In this document: piece after piece, positions 48,487 to 61,490 of the stretch
How positions within the stretch are numbered: the stretch's first letter is position 1
Layout: the number at the start of each line of letters is the position of its first letter
DNA from: Vicugna vicugna
Taxonomy: Eukaryota
Assembly (NCBI GenBank): GCA_013265495.1
Contig: MU058009.1
Span: forward strand, 4,220,739-4,284,738
DNA: 64,000 nt
Reading direction: 5' to 3'
Position numbers and translations under genes: made by a program
The notes under the pieces: model-generated
The model's database searches: none
What the model saw: only the letters and a program-made list of their open reading frames with translations
What the model was told of the DNA's origin: nothing

Positions 48487-51400
48487 CTAGCTGAACACAA
48501 GCTCAGAAACAGAGACTTCAGTGACAACACACTACAATGAATACAGTCTTGCAATAACATTCTACGCAGTCCGTGCGGCTGCCAGCATTATCTTCCCAAA
48601 CTAAACGTGGGATTGCGTTACTCTCCCGCGTAGAATCTTCTGGTGGCTCCCATTTCCTGTGAAATAAAATCCGAACTCTTTAGGAAGGTATGTGAGCTCC
48701 TGCCAAAAGGGACCCGGAATTATCTTTCTACCACTGTCTTCTGCCACTTGTCACCGCTCGTGTCACAACAGAGGGATGTTGACCAACTCCTTCCTCGGCA
48801 TTTCAGAGATTTGACTCCTAGTTTTCACACATGCTGTCTCTGCTTCCTACAACACTCTCCTCTGCAGCCTTGCGAGACCAAACACATGGAGTCTTTGTTC
48901 TTTCCGCCCCCACCCCGGCCCCTCCCTGTCTGTGTTTCCATCACGCGTGGCACACGCGCGTCGCATGGTGGCAGGTTTTGCTCCGTGTACTGTCCACTTC
49001 TCCACCTGCCGATGTGCCCTGGCACGGAACGCCCCTGTCTACTCCTTTCTGTCTCTGTCACGTGAGCCTGGCACATAGCGGGTGCTCAGGGAGTGGCTAG
49101 CCAACGACTGCGCTGATGAGCACATCTGTAGCACTGGAAGGCACTGCACGCTTGAGCGTCACGTTCTCTCTCGTTGCTCCACACGCACTCCTTCCCGCAC
49201 GTGTGTATGAACACAGGTGTGTACACGCAGGTGCCTGTGCATCCATGTACATGTGGACAGGCCAACCTACCAACACCCGTGCATGCATGCATATTTTTGC
49301 AGGAGATACCAAGCCTTTTGCTGTTCTCTTTAGTGCTCATTTCTCACTTTACCTTCTCAAAAGAGGACGTTTCCTTCCTTTGGAGCATCACTGAACTAAG
49401 CCCTGTGCTTGTAATGCACAATAAAGACTTTGTCCTGTGTGATCTAATGAAAACTGGTACCCAAATTGGCGCCAGCAGCCTCCCAGTGACCCCCATTGCT
49501 TAGGACTCTGTTAAACCACAGGTAGGTATCTTCCTCCCCAACAGTGACTCAAACGGGCCATCATAATCCACTCCAAAACCAATAACCAGGCCTTGCTCAT
49601 TTTTCTGCACATAGTTTTAAAAAAACCCAGTTACTAAAAGAAGAGTATCTGGTTAGTGTCTGCGGCCCGAGACACCAAGGCAGGCACCTGCTGTCTGGCC
49701 GGAAGGTCGGAGGTTATCTTGCAAGAGCACAACTTCTCTGAAAGCTGGGAGAGAGCCTGGGGAGGGCTGGGAGGGGCCGCAGGGCTGGGGGCGTCCGTTA
49801 CTTCCACTTTATTTTGGGTCTTGGATTTTGTAATGTTGACCCTGCTCTGCGCTCAGGCAAGTACCAGGTCATGACACTTGAAAGCAGACAGTGGCCCTGG
49901 GCTTGACTTCTGATCACAAGTAGTGGCCACACTTGCCTGCTAATCTTTTTCACACCCCAGAAACAGCAATTAGACGAAGAACCAAGTCGAGCCTCCATGG
50001 CTGTGCCTTACGTGATTAGCAGGACGACTGGGTTCCATCCGTTGTGGGTTTTGGGGAAGCCCACTGGCCTTCAGATGTACCACAGACAGAACGAAAGGGT
50101 CACCAGCAGGAGCCTTGGGGACCACACTTGACCACTGGGCCATTCCTCTGCTCACGGGGACCTCCTGGGAGGGGCCTGAGTCCACTGGACTCTGTCTCAT
50201 CACGTCCTGCCATGAGGCACACACGTGATAGTGAGGGTGGGCGGGATGGAGCAGATTGGAAAACAGACAAACCAAAGTTACAGGAATCAGACCCACTGAT
50301 ACGTTAGTTGGACTGTTTCTAACAGCCAGGGTTTCTCTGTGGAGACCCTGTCAGGTCTCAGTTCACTCAGGCAGCCTCCTTTCTCATTTTGGCTTTGGTA
50401 TCACATGTGATGGCAGCAGAGAGAGATACAGCTCGCTGTCTGCATGGCCACAGCAGGGACAAGTGGTGCGGTGGGACATGCCCCGCCACCCCAGCCTGCA
50501 CGGTCTGGCCTCAGGTCCTGGCATCCCCACTGCTCCTTTATGGACATGAAAACGTCTTCACATAAGTTGCCTAATGTGCTTCTAACAAAAGCTCCGTAGG
50601 GCAAGGCAGCTGTAATCACTTCTATTTTCTAAACAAAGCCAGAGACGTCACCCTTTGGCCCCAAAGTGCCCTGGGCCTGGGAGTCCAGCCGTCCTGCCCC
50701 GCTCCCTCTGCTGCCCTGGGCCGGGCTGTGCCCTCACGCAGGAGGGTCTGAGAGCTGGAGTGACCAGCGTGGAGGGCGTTGCAGTCATCCTCTCAGAGAG
50801 GAGCGTGATGGTGGCAGGCCTGTGGACATGGTCACTCGGCCCCACATCTAGGGGACCGCCATGTGTCCCCGGATGCCAGTGTCCACATCTGTCCCGCGCA
50901 CTGTCTCCACTGTGCGCGAGATGGGAGCAGAGCCGGCCGGGCCTCTGGCCTCTCCGACCTCACCCAGCAGCCCCACGGGGAAGCGTGCTGCTCCGAGGCC
51001 CGTCCCGGGGTCTGGCTTCTCTTTTCTGGGTCCTCCCCGGGAAGGAAGTTGCTCAGATGGTGGGGTCTTTATTCATAGGCACGAGTGCCCTGAAAAAAAA
51101 AAACTAGGTGAAAAGTCTGCAAGTCTGCTCGGCAGCGCCCTGTCTGCTCCTCCGCTGCCCCAAACCCCCATTTCTCCTGGCTGTTCTGTTTTAGTTGGTG
51201 TCAATCTCATCCCCCACTCCTGCATGTCCCTTTAGGGTGAGACGCCTACTCAGTAAGCTTGGGGAAGGCAGTGTATTTTAGGCAGCCTGATGAAAGACTC
51301 TAATAGCCCCAGATTAATGCATTCATTCCTGGCCAACTGAAGGATTCATTACAGAGCCGGGGCTGAGACTCCTCTGACGAAGCTGCCCTGGGTAATGAGC

Positions 51401-51846
51401 CATTCAGCAGCCGCATCCCTGCGTTGCCGGGGACCCGCAAAAGGGGGCCGCGAGGGGGAGCTGGGGGTGAGGGGACAAGGAGAGGGGGTGCCTGGGCTCC
51501 TCCGGCACCAGAGGGAAGTTGTGAGAGCAAGAAGGTGCCTGTGCCCTGAGATCTGCGGCCTCTGGGAACGGAGAAGCACATGGCAGGGCTGTGCGGAGCC
51601 CTGTGGCACTGCCCACAGCACCGCCTGGCCTCTGAAGGCGGAGACGCGAGGGTCGGGGCAGACAGAGATGTCTCTGCTTTGAAAGCAAGCCCCAGCTGGG
51701 TAGCGGGAGCAGGGTGGTACGTGGGAGATGCTCCAGACAGCTGCCGTCTCTGCCTCTGATGAACACCTCGGCCCAGAACTCCCCGAGGACGGAGAAGGAG
51801 CCACAGGCCAGAGAAAGTGAGGAGGCAGCCTAGGGACAAGCTGGCC

Positions 51847-52078
51847 CAGTGCCTCCGCGGGGTGTCCTGGGTGTGTGCTGGTGATCTCACCCTCCAGGGT
51901 ACCTCGGCAGTGGCTGGAGACGTGTGGCGGTCCCGGCTTCCAGGTAGAGGGGCTGAGATGCTCCTGGTGTCCAGTGGGTCAGGACCAGGGATGCGAAACG
52001 CCCTCCAGTGGGCAGGACAGCCCTGCCCCCAGAAGCGTGCAGCCCCAGAGGTCAGCAGTGCCAAGGCTGGGAAACGGG
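51847..52078 (+). mobile_element. MER20 (hAT-Charlie) DNA transposon remnant
   Basis: ggcagtggctggagac...tccagtgggtcaggaccagggatgc...gcaggacagccc...gtcagcagtgccaaggctgggaaac is collinear with the MER20 consensus. Confidence 0.75.
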
Positions 52079-53989
52079 CCCAAACCGTTCCTGTCACAGA
52101 TGAGGAAGGGGAAGTGGGGCACGAGGTGACTCGCTCAGGGGTCCACAGACGGGGGTGCCAGGGCTGTGCTCACGGGGCTGTTAGCTTCGGGAGGTCCGCT
52201 GTCAGACTCCATGCTGCTGGGTGTTCTCACTCCATTTCCTCTCCCCCTGAAGGCAGAGCCCCCTCCAGCCCATGTCCCCAGCGTACCAAACTCCGTCGCC
52301 TGCCTTTATGCACACACGCGAGTCCCTACCCACTGCGGTCTAAGCAGATCTCTTCTGGGGCTTGGCTACATGGGGGGCGCTGCTGCTCAGAACAGGGCCT
52401 GCCAGGGGAGCTCGCGCCAGGCGCTGCGAGCTGCTGACGTGCAGCGCGGTTGCAGACAGCTCCCCAGGAGGCTGGGAAGGAGACCCCTTCACGTGCATGT
52501 AACTGTATCTCATGATTATTAAATATTGATTCATCTCAGCGGGGGCCGGTGCCTGACTCCGAGAGGAGGCAAATGCATGGACAGTGCCCACCTGCCCTAG
52601 ACCCCGGGCGCTGCGCCCTTGGCTGTCTCTGCAGACCCTCCTTCCCGGACTGACGGTGTAGGCGGGAACCATTTCGACTACAAAAATAAGCATATGTGAG
52701 TTTATATCTGGAGTTCAGGACATGTGAATTATGAGCACTAGAGCTTAAAAAAAGGAAACGGAGTCTGTGTGTGGGGAGGGGCAGTTACAGGGACTTAGGG
52801 GCGCGTCCGTGTCTGCAGCAGCCGTAACCATCTCCCAGGGCCAGTGTTTGATGGGGGCTTTGAGGGAGCGGGGTGTGACAGCGGGAAGAGGGGCCAGACA
52901 TAAGAACAAACATGTATGTCCATAGTGTGCGCTTAGTGGAGCTGAGATCCATTCTCTGGGCATCTTGTTAAGCCTCTAGACAGACCACAAAAAATACAGC
53001 CGGACGGAAAAGAAACAGCCCCAAAGTAATTTAAAGGCCAACTTTTTAACCAGTACTTCAGCTTGGAGACACCTGCCCTGTGTTCCTTGAAGATGCCCAG
53101 CTCAGGGCACAAGCGTTAACGTTACTAATGTGTCTTCAACAGCCAGACCTGTGTGTAATTTATTGCCCCATGACAGGTGTTTTGTTTAGCTTTTCTGTGT
53201 TACTCACCATGTTCTTCTCGGTAGGAAAAGAGCAGCTTTTGGGCCACTCTGTTCTATGATGTCTGGGTGCCTCAGAAGACGCAGAGCCGGACCTCCCCCT
53301 CGGGGATCGTGGGGCCCAGACCTACCCCCTCAGGGGACGCAGAACCTGGAGTTCTCAGAAGCCCGTTGACACTTCCTCTGGCTTCACAACAAGTAGCAAA
53401 TTCTCAAACAGGAGACACAGCCGCCCTGCCCTCTGATTCACAGTGGTCAGCTGTGTGAATGTGGGTACGCCCAGGATGTGTGTGCGGCTTCGGGGGTGCG
53501 GGAGTCAGTAACAGCTTACTCATTCCGGTGTCCGTAGTTAGTCTGTGGAAACTTTCACCAGAAATATGTCTTTGGCTACGAGGGAGCCATAGGAAAGATA
53601 ACTTGTACGGTTCAATTCAGCCAGACAAGTGAACGGTCATTTCCTGCGTCCCTCCACCTGCAGGGAACAATGCTCCACGTGGGGCACATAAAGGTGGAGC
53701 CTAGAGAAGAAATAAAAGTGTGGTAGGTCGTTCCTCGAGCGAAATCCAAACACCGACAGGTGCCAAGGCAGCTTGTGAGAGTGTTTTGAACAAAGGCCTG
53801 AGAGGACAGAGGACGGAGACGTTGATTCTGGCCGGGAGAGTTCATGTGCTCTGCATGCACGCCCTGAATCCCTCCTGTGTGCTGGGCGCCGTTTAGTGGG
53901 ACAGCGAGAGAGGAAGCAAGGCGCTTAGGGTCTCGTGAGAAGAGATGGACGACAGACATTAACAAATCCGTGAGATTTCAGAGCGTGAG

Positions 53990-54700
53990 CACCTGCCCTG
54001 AAATGACTGCAGCAGGTGCTGGGACGGCAGGGACGCGGAGACACCGTGGTCGGGACGGGTGCAGAGGGGGCGACAGATGAAATGAGAGCTGAGTGACAGA
54101 CAAATAACCGCATGATGATCTGGGACAGAGCATCTCAGGGAGGGAACAGAAACAGCAAAGGCCTGAAGGAAGGACCAGCGCAGCACCGTCCGGGGCAGAC
54201 AGCAGGTCCCGGGCCTGGAGTCCAGGGAATTCTGGGCAAAGGAGACACGAGAAAGCCAGGCGTCCTCAGAGGCCAGCGTTGCCGAGTCTTAGAGACACGG
54301 TGTGCACTCTGAGTGTCACTCTCAGGGCGATCAGGTGCCGTTAGAGGTGTTTAAGCCGAGGATGGTATGATCTGATTTATGCTGATGGGGTTTTCATTCG
54401 TCTGCCTGTGATACGGAATGTTGACTGTCCATGTACACAGTAGAAACAGGAAGACCAGAGAATAGATGGACATGGGGAGTAAGAGGGACGAGAAGGTCCC
54501 GAGGCAGCGTGAGGGTCATTTTTGGGATGAAGCCACCTGGAATTAATGCCTGGATGTAGAAACTGAGGGACGCGGGGGAACTGGGGACAAGCCCTACGTC
54601 TTTGTCCCGGGCAGTTAGGTAGACGGCGGTGTCCTTGACGAGGCTGGGGCAACTAGGATAGAGAGGTGAGGAATCCAGAACTCTGGCTGGGACGTAGCAA
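53990..54700 (-). mobile_element. L2 fragment
   Basis: agggaacagaaacagcaaaggcctgaagg...tttaagccgaggatggtatgatctgattt. Confidence 0.45.
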
Positions 54701-56329
54701 GTGAATTTGTCCACCAAGCAATTAAATAACCGTTATCTGACAACAGGCCACGTTGCTATGCTTTATTGCGCACGCGGTGTGGACCTGGCATTGTTCGAAG
54801 TCCTATGTGTGTGAACTCACTGCATCCCAGGACAACCCTAGGGGAAGGGTAACTGTTAGATTTTTTTTTTTTTTTTACGGCGGGGGAAGTGAGGCCCCCC
54901 GACGTGCTCGGAATAATGTGTTCCTCGGGGGTGCACGTCTCTCGCGGCTCTTTTGGGGGAGACTGTGCAGGTGTGTCTCCCACAGTGAGTGGCCGGGGCC
55001 CTCCATCCTCCGCACCAGGAGAGGGCACTCCCTTCCTGAGTCGTGCGGGGGGCAGATGGCCTGCTGTCCAGATTCACTGACATCCTGGGGGGCTCCCTTC
55101 CGCCTGCTGTGAGCGGATGAGGGAGAAAGGGAGTCGCTGTCAGGTTCCCAACGTGCCCTTTTCCATGTAAAGTTCACTCGTGGTATTTTTTTAAACTTCA
55201 GCTGCTAACGCGGTTTGTTCTCAGGCGTGCCGGGGCCCCAGCTTCCCGCGTAGCCTTTAATTAGCTCCTAGATGTTGTCATCTCCGCCGAGAAGGGACTG
55301 GCTACGAGCCCCCCGGTCTCCGGGGGAGGCAGGAGAATCTAATGAAGACATTCGGTGTTTCTCAGGGACGCGTTTGACACGCTTTGTAGTAACAAGAAGT
55401 CGTGTCGAAACTTTCCTCCTTTTCATTTCACGGGAGGATTCCACTCTTGCTGAGAACTTGTCGCTTGAAACAGACCAGCCTGCGTCTCTGCCCCTCGCCC
55501 AGAAGGGAATAGGCTTCGCCTTGATCTGTTTGCAGGCCATGACCTTCATGAGGGGTTTAGTGGCAATGAGGCCTCGAAACAGAAAATCAGCTTGAAACCA
55601 ACTGACGAGTTACCTTGGGCAGCAGTGGGGCCACTTCCCGGGCCTCTGGATTCAAGGCCGGGTAATGAGATGTCCCTTCCACCTGCCTTAATTATTCCCA
55701 AAGATGATGGTCACCGGAGTGTCGTTATAACTCGAGTTCTCGTCTCAGAGTCAGCCACGTCGGAACTTGGCTGGAGAGAAGCAGAAGCTCCCTTCAGGGG
55801 AGTCTGCCTTCCTCTGAACTCAGCCTTGCAGGTACTTGAGGAAGGAGAAAAGTCCGTGGAAGAATTAGTGCCGCACGTGGTCCCGGCAGGGCGGGGAGGA
55901 CTCCGCCGCCACCTTCCCACCGCAGTCAGCATGACTCCCCGCCGCACGTGGTTTTATGGCTTGTTCCTGAGTGTGTAGCCACCAGTGCTTTTAGGCAGTT
56001 AGGAATCAAAGTGCTGGTGACGCCATCAAGGCAGCCGTGGATGTAATGATCTCGGCACCCTTGGCAGCCAGCAGAAGGACAGCCTGGGCTGCTCCTGCAG
56101 AGCTGGGCGCAGGAGCCCTGGGAGGCGGGGACTCCATCCCTGCCCTGCCCCTTGGCCACCATCTGCTCTGGGTGGGGCAGCCTGAGGGATGGGAGTGACC
56201 GGCACCTGCTCACCTGGGCAGCTCTCAAAGGCAGGGGGGGAGTCTGAGCAGGGGGACCATCACCAGGAGGTCAGGGGACTATGCACCACACACAGACACG
56301 TGTCTGCTGTTCACACTCAGGATGGAGAA

Positions 56330-57160
56330 GCGGAAGCTCCCCTCGGGGAGGGCGACGGCCCTGCCTGCGGCGGGGAGGCCATCCTCTCTCCACCAAGCGG
56401 GTTTCCAAGCAGAAGCGCGAACACCCTCCCGACATGGGGGAAAACGACCCCGTGGAAAGCGCAGAGGCGCTGAGGACTCGGGGACCCGCGAGCTCAGGCC
56501 GGGCCGCCTCGGCGCCCGGCAGGTGTCCTGAGCCCCCCGGGGATGCCCCCTTCCTTTGCAGGGCCCTCGGGGCTCGTGCCGGAGGGCCCCTGGTGGGCAG
56601 GCCGGGGCTGCGGTCCGCGTGGCGCTCGCTCTGGCGCCGCCCTTCTGGCCCGCGCCCTCCGGCTTCAGGGCCTGAGCTGCCTGCCAGCTGCAAGGCGAGG
56701 CCACTGCGCCACTGCCAGGCGGCGGGGCCGAGGTGGCGGGGGCACGGCCCCCGAGGAGGCGACGCGGCGAGGCCCCGGCTGCCGGGAGCGGCGGGAACAG
56801 CCAGCTCCCGGGGAGGGGACGCAGACACGGAGGGGCCGGGGCTCCCCGCCAGCCCCGCTCCGGGTGGTGTGTGGGGACCGCGCTGTCAGGGGCCCCGGGG
56901 TGCTGGGAGAAGGCCTGGCCCGCCCCTCGGGACCGGCTGTCCCTGCCGCTGGCCGGCGCCTCGCCTCCGTGCCGGCAGCTGCAGCGCGCAGGGCCGTCCG
57001 CCGCCGCGGTTCCCCTGATGCCCCGAAGCCCGCAGGCTGAGCTCGGGGCTGAGACCCGCCGCTTCCCAGCCCGGTGGCTTTGAGCGCGCGGTTACCTGGT
57101 TACCGCCGCGGGGCGCTGCGCCAGACAGGAGAACGCGTGGGCGAGACCCAGTGCGGACGG
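56330..57160. promoter_or_regulatory. Intronic CpG-island-like segment
   Basis: About 800 bp, very GC-rich with dense CpG (e.g. gggccgtccgccgccgcgg, gagcgcgcgg, ggcggcggggccgagg). It drops abruptly to AT-rich sequence after about 57200. Not recognisable as a repeat. Confidence 0.6.
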
Positions 57161-59357
57161 CAGGTGTGAACCTCCTCCAAGTGGAACAAGGAGAGGGTCC
57201 TGGGTCTCTCTCTCTCTCCTTTTTGCAACTTTCCTCATGACATCATGTCTGTGAATCAGGTTATTTTTGACTTCATTTTTTTGTACCATCATTTTGCTTT
57301 TTAAGGACCTCAGTTTTGTATCCACTTTAGTTGAGTTTTGCAGGGACACCCATTAGAGAGACCCTACCATTTGCCTGACTCCCCGTGTGGTGGGTGACCT
57401 TGGGCTCACTGTATCACCTCGCTGGGTTGCAGGGTCTTCACTGTATAATGCGGACAACGCTCATGAGTTTCTGAGGGTTTAAAAGGCGGCAGAAATGTTA
57501 AGCCCCTGCAGACTGCCCGGCGTTCATGGTCCCGCCCTTCCCACCCCATCTCTCCTGCTGCGTGAACGGGTCCCTGAAGAGCTGGTCCTGTCTGGGCTGT
57601 GGAGCCAGAAGCCAGTCATCTGTGCGTTCAGCCCAAAGCATGGTCCCGTGCATCAGAGCTGGGAAACAGCTCGCGCTTCCAGAAACCATGATTGCTGACA
57701 GCCCCCCAGGTCCCCGCACTGAACAACTGAGGAAGGGAGCGTTCTTAGCAGTGTCTTGGATGTTGTGAAACATGGCGCAGTGATGGTGACAAGTAGGTTG
57801 CTGTGAAATGCAATTTAGGCTAATACGGCCAGCAGCAGAGCAGCGGGGAGCACATGGGGTTTGCTTTCTTCTCCTGTGTCTCCATCAGGAAGGACTCAAC
57901 CAGGTCAGGGAGCAGGGCTCCGAAAAACTTCCGCATCTCAGCCAATTCTGAAAGGAGCAAACTCCGAAGTTCGGACCCAGTGGCTTATGACTAATCCCGA
58001 ACAAACCACTGGCTTTGCTCCCAGGGCTTCATGACTTTCCTGCAAACATGAGTGGTTTTAATATGGAGAGAGGGACAAAGAATGAGATGTGAGAGATGAC
58101 AAAATGATTCTGGTAAAAGAAATAGCAGTCTGCCTGCGGCTGTGTCATTAAGGAGCTCTCTGCATTCTTCAGACTGTAATTTGGGATTCTGAAGATCCAG
58201 ACTCTAACCTTTCCTTCTGGAAAGTGGAGGCAGCGGGCACGTCGCTGGCAGCGGTGGGGTGGGTGGGGTCCTGCTGCAAATCCCACCCCAGGCTGCTTCC
58301 CCACGTCCTCGCTTAAAGAGGCCGTTTATCTCAGAACCACTAGCTCCTCTGCAGAAGGGGTCGGTCAGCATCCACCGGTGGGGGGTCATGCCCACTTCAG
58401 CCTTTAGACCAAAGCACCCCCCACTGCACCCAGTGTCTGCTCTCCTCATAACGGCTTCTGGAGATACACATTTTTAGTAGCACTAATAAATCACATTTGA
58501 ATTGTACTTTACATTTGAAATGTGATTGCTCACAGTTTTATCTGATTCATAGAACGTCTAGTTTACAAAGACAAGATAGGTATTGATATAATCAAAATAA
58601 TCAGACAGTTAAATGATTTACATGAGTTTGTACAGCTAGCAATTGTCAGGTCCAGGCTTAATCTCTGTTCCTCTGATGCAAAACTTAGGACTTCTTTTTT
58701 TTTTCTTTAATCAAAAGAGATCTCCCAGATCGCACAGTTTTGGAATATGTATCCTGTTATATAAATAGGTGTATTGGAAAGAAGGAAGAAGGGGGAAGGA
58801 AGGAAGGACAGACTGACTACTCTTTTCAGTCAAAATAAACCAAATAGATACCTCTCAGTGGACTCAGCTCAGTCAGTTCTCGGTCATGACGTGGAGGCGA
58901 CTGGGGGCCCCGGTCGCAGGAAGCAGCCGCTCCTGCTCTGCCTCAGGTGAACGCTGTCCTGGAAGAGCGCTTTGCGGCCCCCGGGTCCAGTGCACAGGGC
59001 GGGGAAGGTGAGAGGGAGGAGGACGATTAGGAGGTGCTGGGGCTGGAACGGGGGTCCACGAGATGGTTGTGCAGGTGCTGGAAGGCCCACAACAGGTATT
59101 GATGGAACCTCCCGCCACGTAGAAATGAACAGAGAGCTCTCCCTTCCCTAGGTGCCCCAAGGGCATACGGACAGGCGGTCGCCGGGAGGCCCGCACCAGG
59201 ATGCCCGCTGAGCAGCAGATCTGTGTGTGGGAGGGAGGACAGCGGGACCCGAGACCCGGGACCCCACGGCTGGGAACGTGCGGTTCGCTGCACCCAGCTT
59301 GGATGAAGACAGTGCGCTCGGGGTCACACACAACCTGCCTTCAGGCCCCACCTCGGG

Positions 59358-59480
59358 CACTTACTGCCTGGGTGACCCTGAGCAGATCACTAAAGTCTCA
59401 CTAAGCCTTCATTTCTTCATCTGTAAGTAGGAATAGTAATAGTCCTTTCTCATGGGAGCCTCGTGAGAGTAAATCAGGTA
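59358..59480 (+). mobile_element. MIR SINE
   Basis: cacttactgcctgggtgaccctgagcagatcactaaag...ttcttcatctgtaagtaggaatagtaatagt. Confidence 0.7.
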
Positions 59481-59530
59481 GCGGAGTCAAGCTTCCCGTG
59501 AGATTTCCAACCCTCAACAGGTTCAGATCT

Positions 59531-59579
59531 TGTGTGTGTGTGTGTATGTGTGTGGGTGTGTGGCTGTGTGTGTGTGTGC
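59531..59579. repeat. (TG)n microsatellite, interrupted
   Basis: tgtgtgtgtgtgtgtatgtgtgtgggtgtgtggctgtgtg... Confidence 0.9.
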
Positions 59580-59783
59580 ATACATATATATGGCTGGTTT
59601 CTGTTGATTTTTATATATGTATCCATGAGTCAACATACTAATTTTTCTAACCCGTCTAAGCCCTCACTAAAAGAGAGGAAATCCTCTGAAGCTGCAGGTT
59701 TCAGTGGCCTGTCCTTGACCGTTTTCCTGTCCTCTCTGAGCCCAAGTACCTCCTCCCCTGTGAAATGTGAGAAGGGAAACACT

Positions 59784-59898
59784 CAGGGTGACCAAGTGCG
59801 TCTCCATTTGCCTGGAACTTCTTCGGTTTTAGCTCTGAAAGTCCTGTGTTCTGGGAAGCTCCTTAGTTCCAGGTAAACCAGGACAGTGGGTCACCTTA
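59784..59898. mobile_element. MER81 (hAT-Blackjack) non-autonomous DNA transposon
   Basis: Terminal inverted repeats agggtgacca ... gggtcacctt; internal ggttttagctctgaaagtcc...gggaagctccttagttccaggtaaaccaggac. Confidence 0.75.
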
Positions 59899-61327
59899 GA
59901 AATAACATCCCCTCGTGCGGTTAACGCCGGGGTTACATGAAGTGCGGGCAGTGCATGCAGAACACCGGTCAGACAGCAGGTGTCTTGGGGGGGAGTAACC
60001 ACTGCCGTCGTGACGCGCGCTGAGAGCCTCTGAGGGCTGTTCACGGTGCCGGAGAGCCTCAGTCATGTCCACACACTTGTCAAAATACGCGCATTTGTTC
60101 ATTCAGAAAGTACGTGCTGCACACGCACCGTGTCAACACATCGTGGTATGTGCGGAGCACTGCAGTGACCGAGATGGCCAGTTGGGCTTACTCTTCATCT
60201 GCGTGAGCGGACAGCACGCAGCAGCCCAGTCTGGCACGGGGGCGTCCCTTCAGGAGGGATGAGCCAGGAAGGCTTCGTGGGGGAACTCAGATTTAAAGAC
60301 AAGACGGCCCCGGCTGGGGAAGCGCAGGGAGAAAGGACCAGCGTCAAAGAAGGGTGTGGGGTGTTTCGGGAGGAAAGGAGGCCCGTGGAGTGAACGCTCA
60401 TGCGCCAGGCTAGGGACCAAGGCCTGGGTGTCCCCGCATGGGGTCTGGACCCCAGGGAAGTCGAGGGTACTCCAAATCAGTCCTTTTGATTCTGCGAAGA
60501 CAGAGGTTCCAGGGCCTTAGCTGGCTGTGGAAACTGCCCCCAGCCACGTGGGCATCTCGGCAGGAGGCGGGAGGGCCAAGCCGTCCGCAGCAAGGGCAGC
60601 ACCTGGGCGCATAGATCCGCCCGCGACGTGCGAGGACCCTGGTCCAGGCCGCTTCTGTGCATCCTCGGCCCCACAGGACCGTGCGGGGCCTCATAAAGCA
60701 TCTTAATTTGGATTTAATAGGATATCTACTGTGTGCTAAAAACAGCAAATTGCTATTTATTAATGACATAATTATTAGAACTTAACACCTGGGCAGTGGA
60801 TGCTATGCTGAGAGGAAGTTCCCTGGAATACTGTTTCAATAATTATGTTACTTAATTATTTACACCTTTGAATTAAAATTCAATAAGAGCCAGCTTAAAC
60901 CTTAACACGTGGAATGTGGACCTCTGGCCAGCGCGCGGGCTCCTCGGGCCTCAGCCTTTCTTTCCGAGCAGAGCCCAACCAGTTCCTGTTTTGCCTGTTT
61001 CTGTCATGGTAGGTTTTCTAGATTCAGACTCAAAAGTCAGCCAGGACATCACGTAGCTCAACGTGGAAACCAGCTGACGGCCTTTTTGAGGAAGCATGGA
61101 CCCGTAGCAGGTGTCAGACTCGCCCCGGACCTTTGTGTAACCCCGACTGCCGACAGGCGAGTGCTGCCTGCCCACCTGCCCCGGTCCTCTCCCGTCTGCT
61201 CGTCTAAAACAGATCACACTCATGTTCTCCCCCGGAGGGTTTATCCTGAGGACAGCAGGGACCTGCCAGCTCAGCCATCCAGCTGCTGTGGAACAAAATG
61301 GTGCTCTCATTTGACTCTGTATTTCTG

Positions 61328-61490
61328 GGCCCCCCATCCTGGCCATCGTGGGGCCCCAGCACCGTGTCCCTGCACTGATTCCTGAGTCCCACATCCCGGC
61401 CCTTGTGGAGCCCAGGCACCACATCCCTGCGCTGATTCCCAGGCCCCCCATCCCGGTGATCACGGGGCCTGGCACCGTGTCCTTGCATGG
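61328..61490. repeat. Degenerate ~57-bp tandem repeat, about 2.8 copies
   Basis: ccc(c/a)catcc(t/c)gg...gcacc(g/a)...tccctgc(a/g)ctgattcc recurs three times. Confidence 0.7.

Larger units (their letters stand above)
46540..49090 (+). mobile_element. Fragmented L2 (pieces at about 46540-46830, 47300-47600, 48540-48850, 49020-49090) interrupted by younger insertions
   Basis: Collinear L2 motifs: aactcaacacagtccaa; tttctcatctcagcaaatggcacc; ggtggctcccatttcctgtgaaataaaatccgaactc; gcctggcacatagcgggtgctca. Confidence 0.5.
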
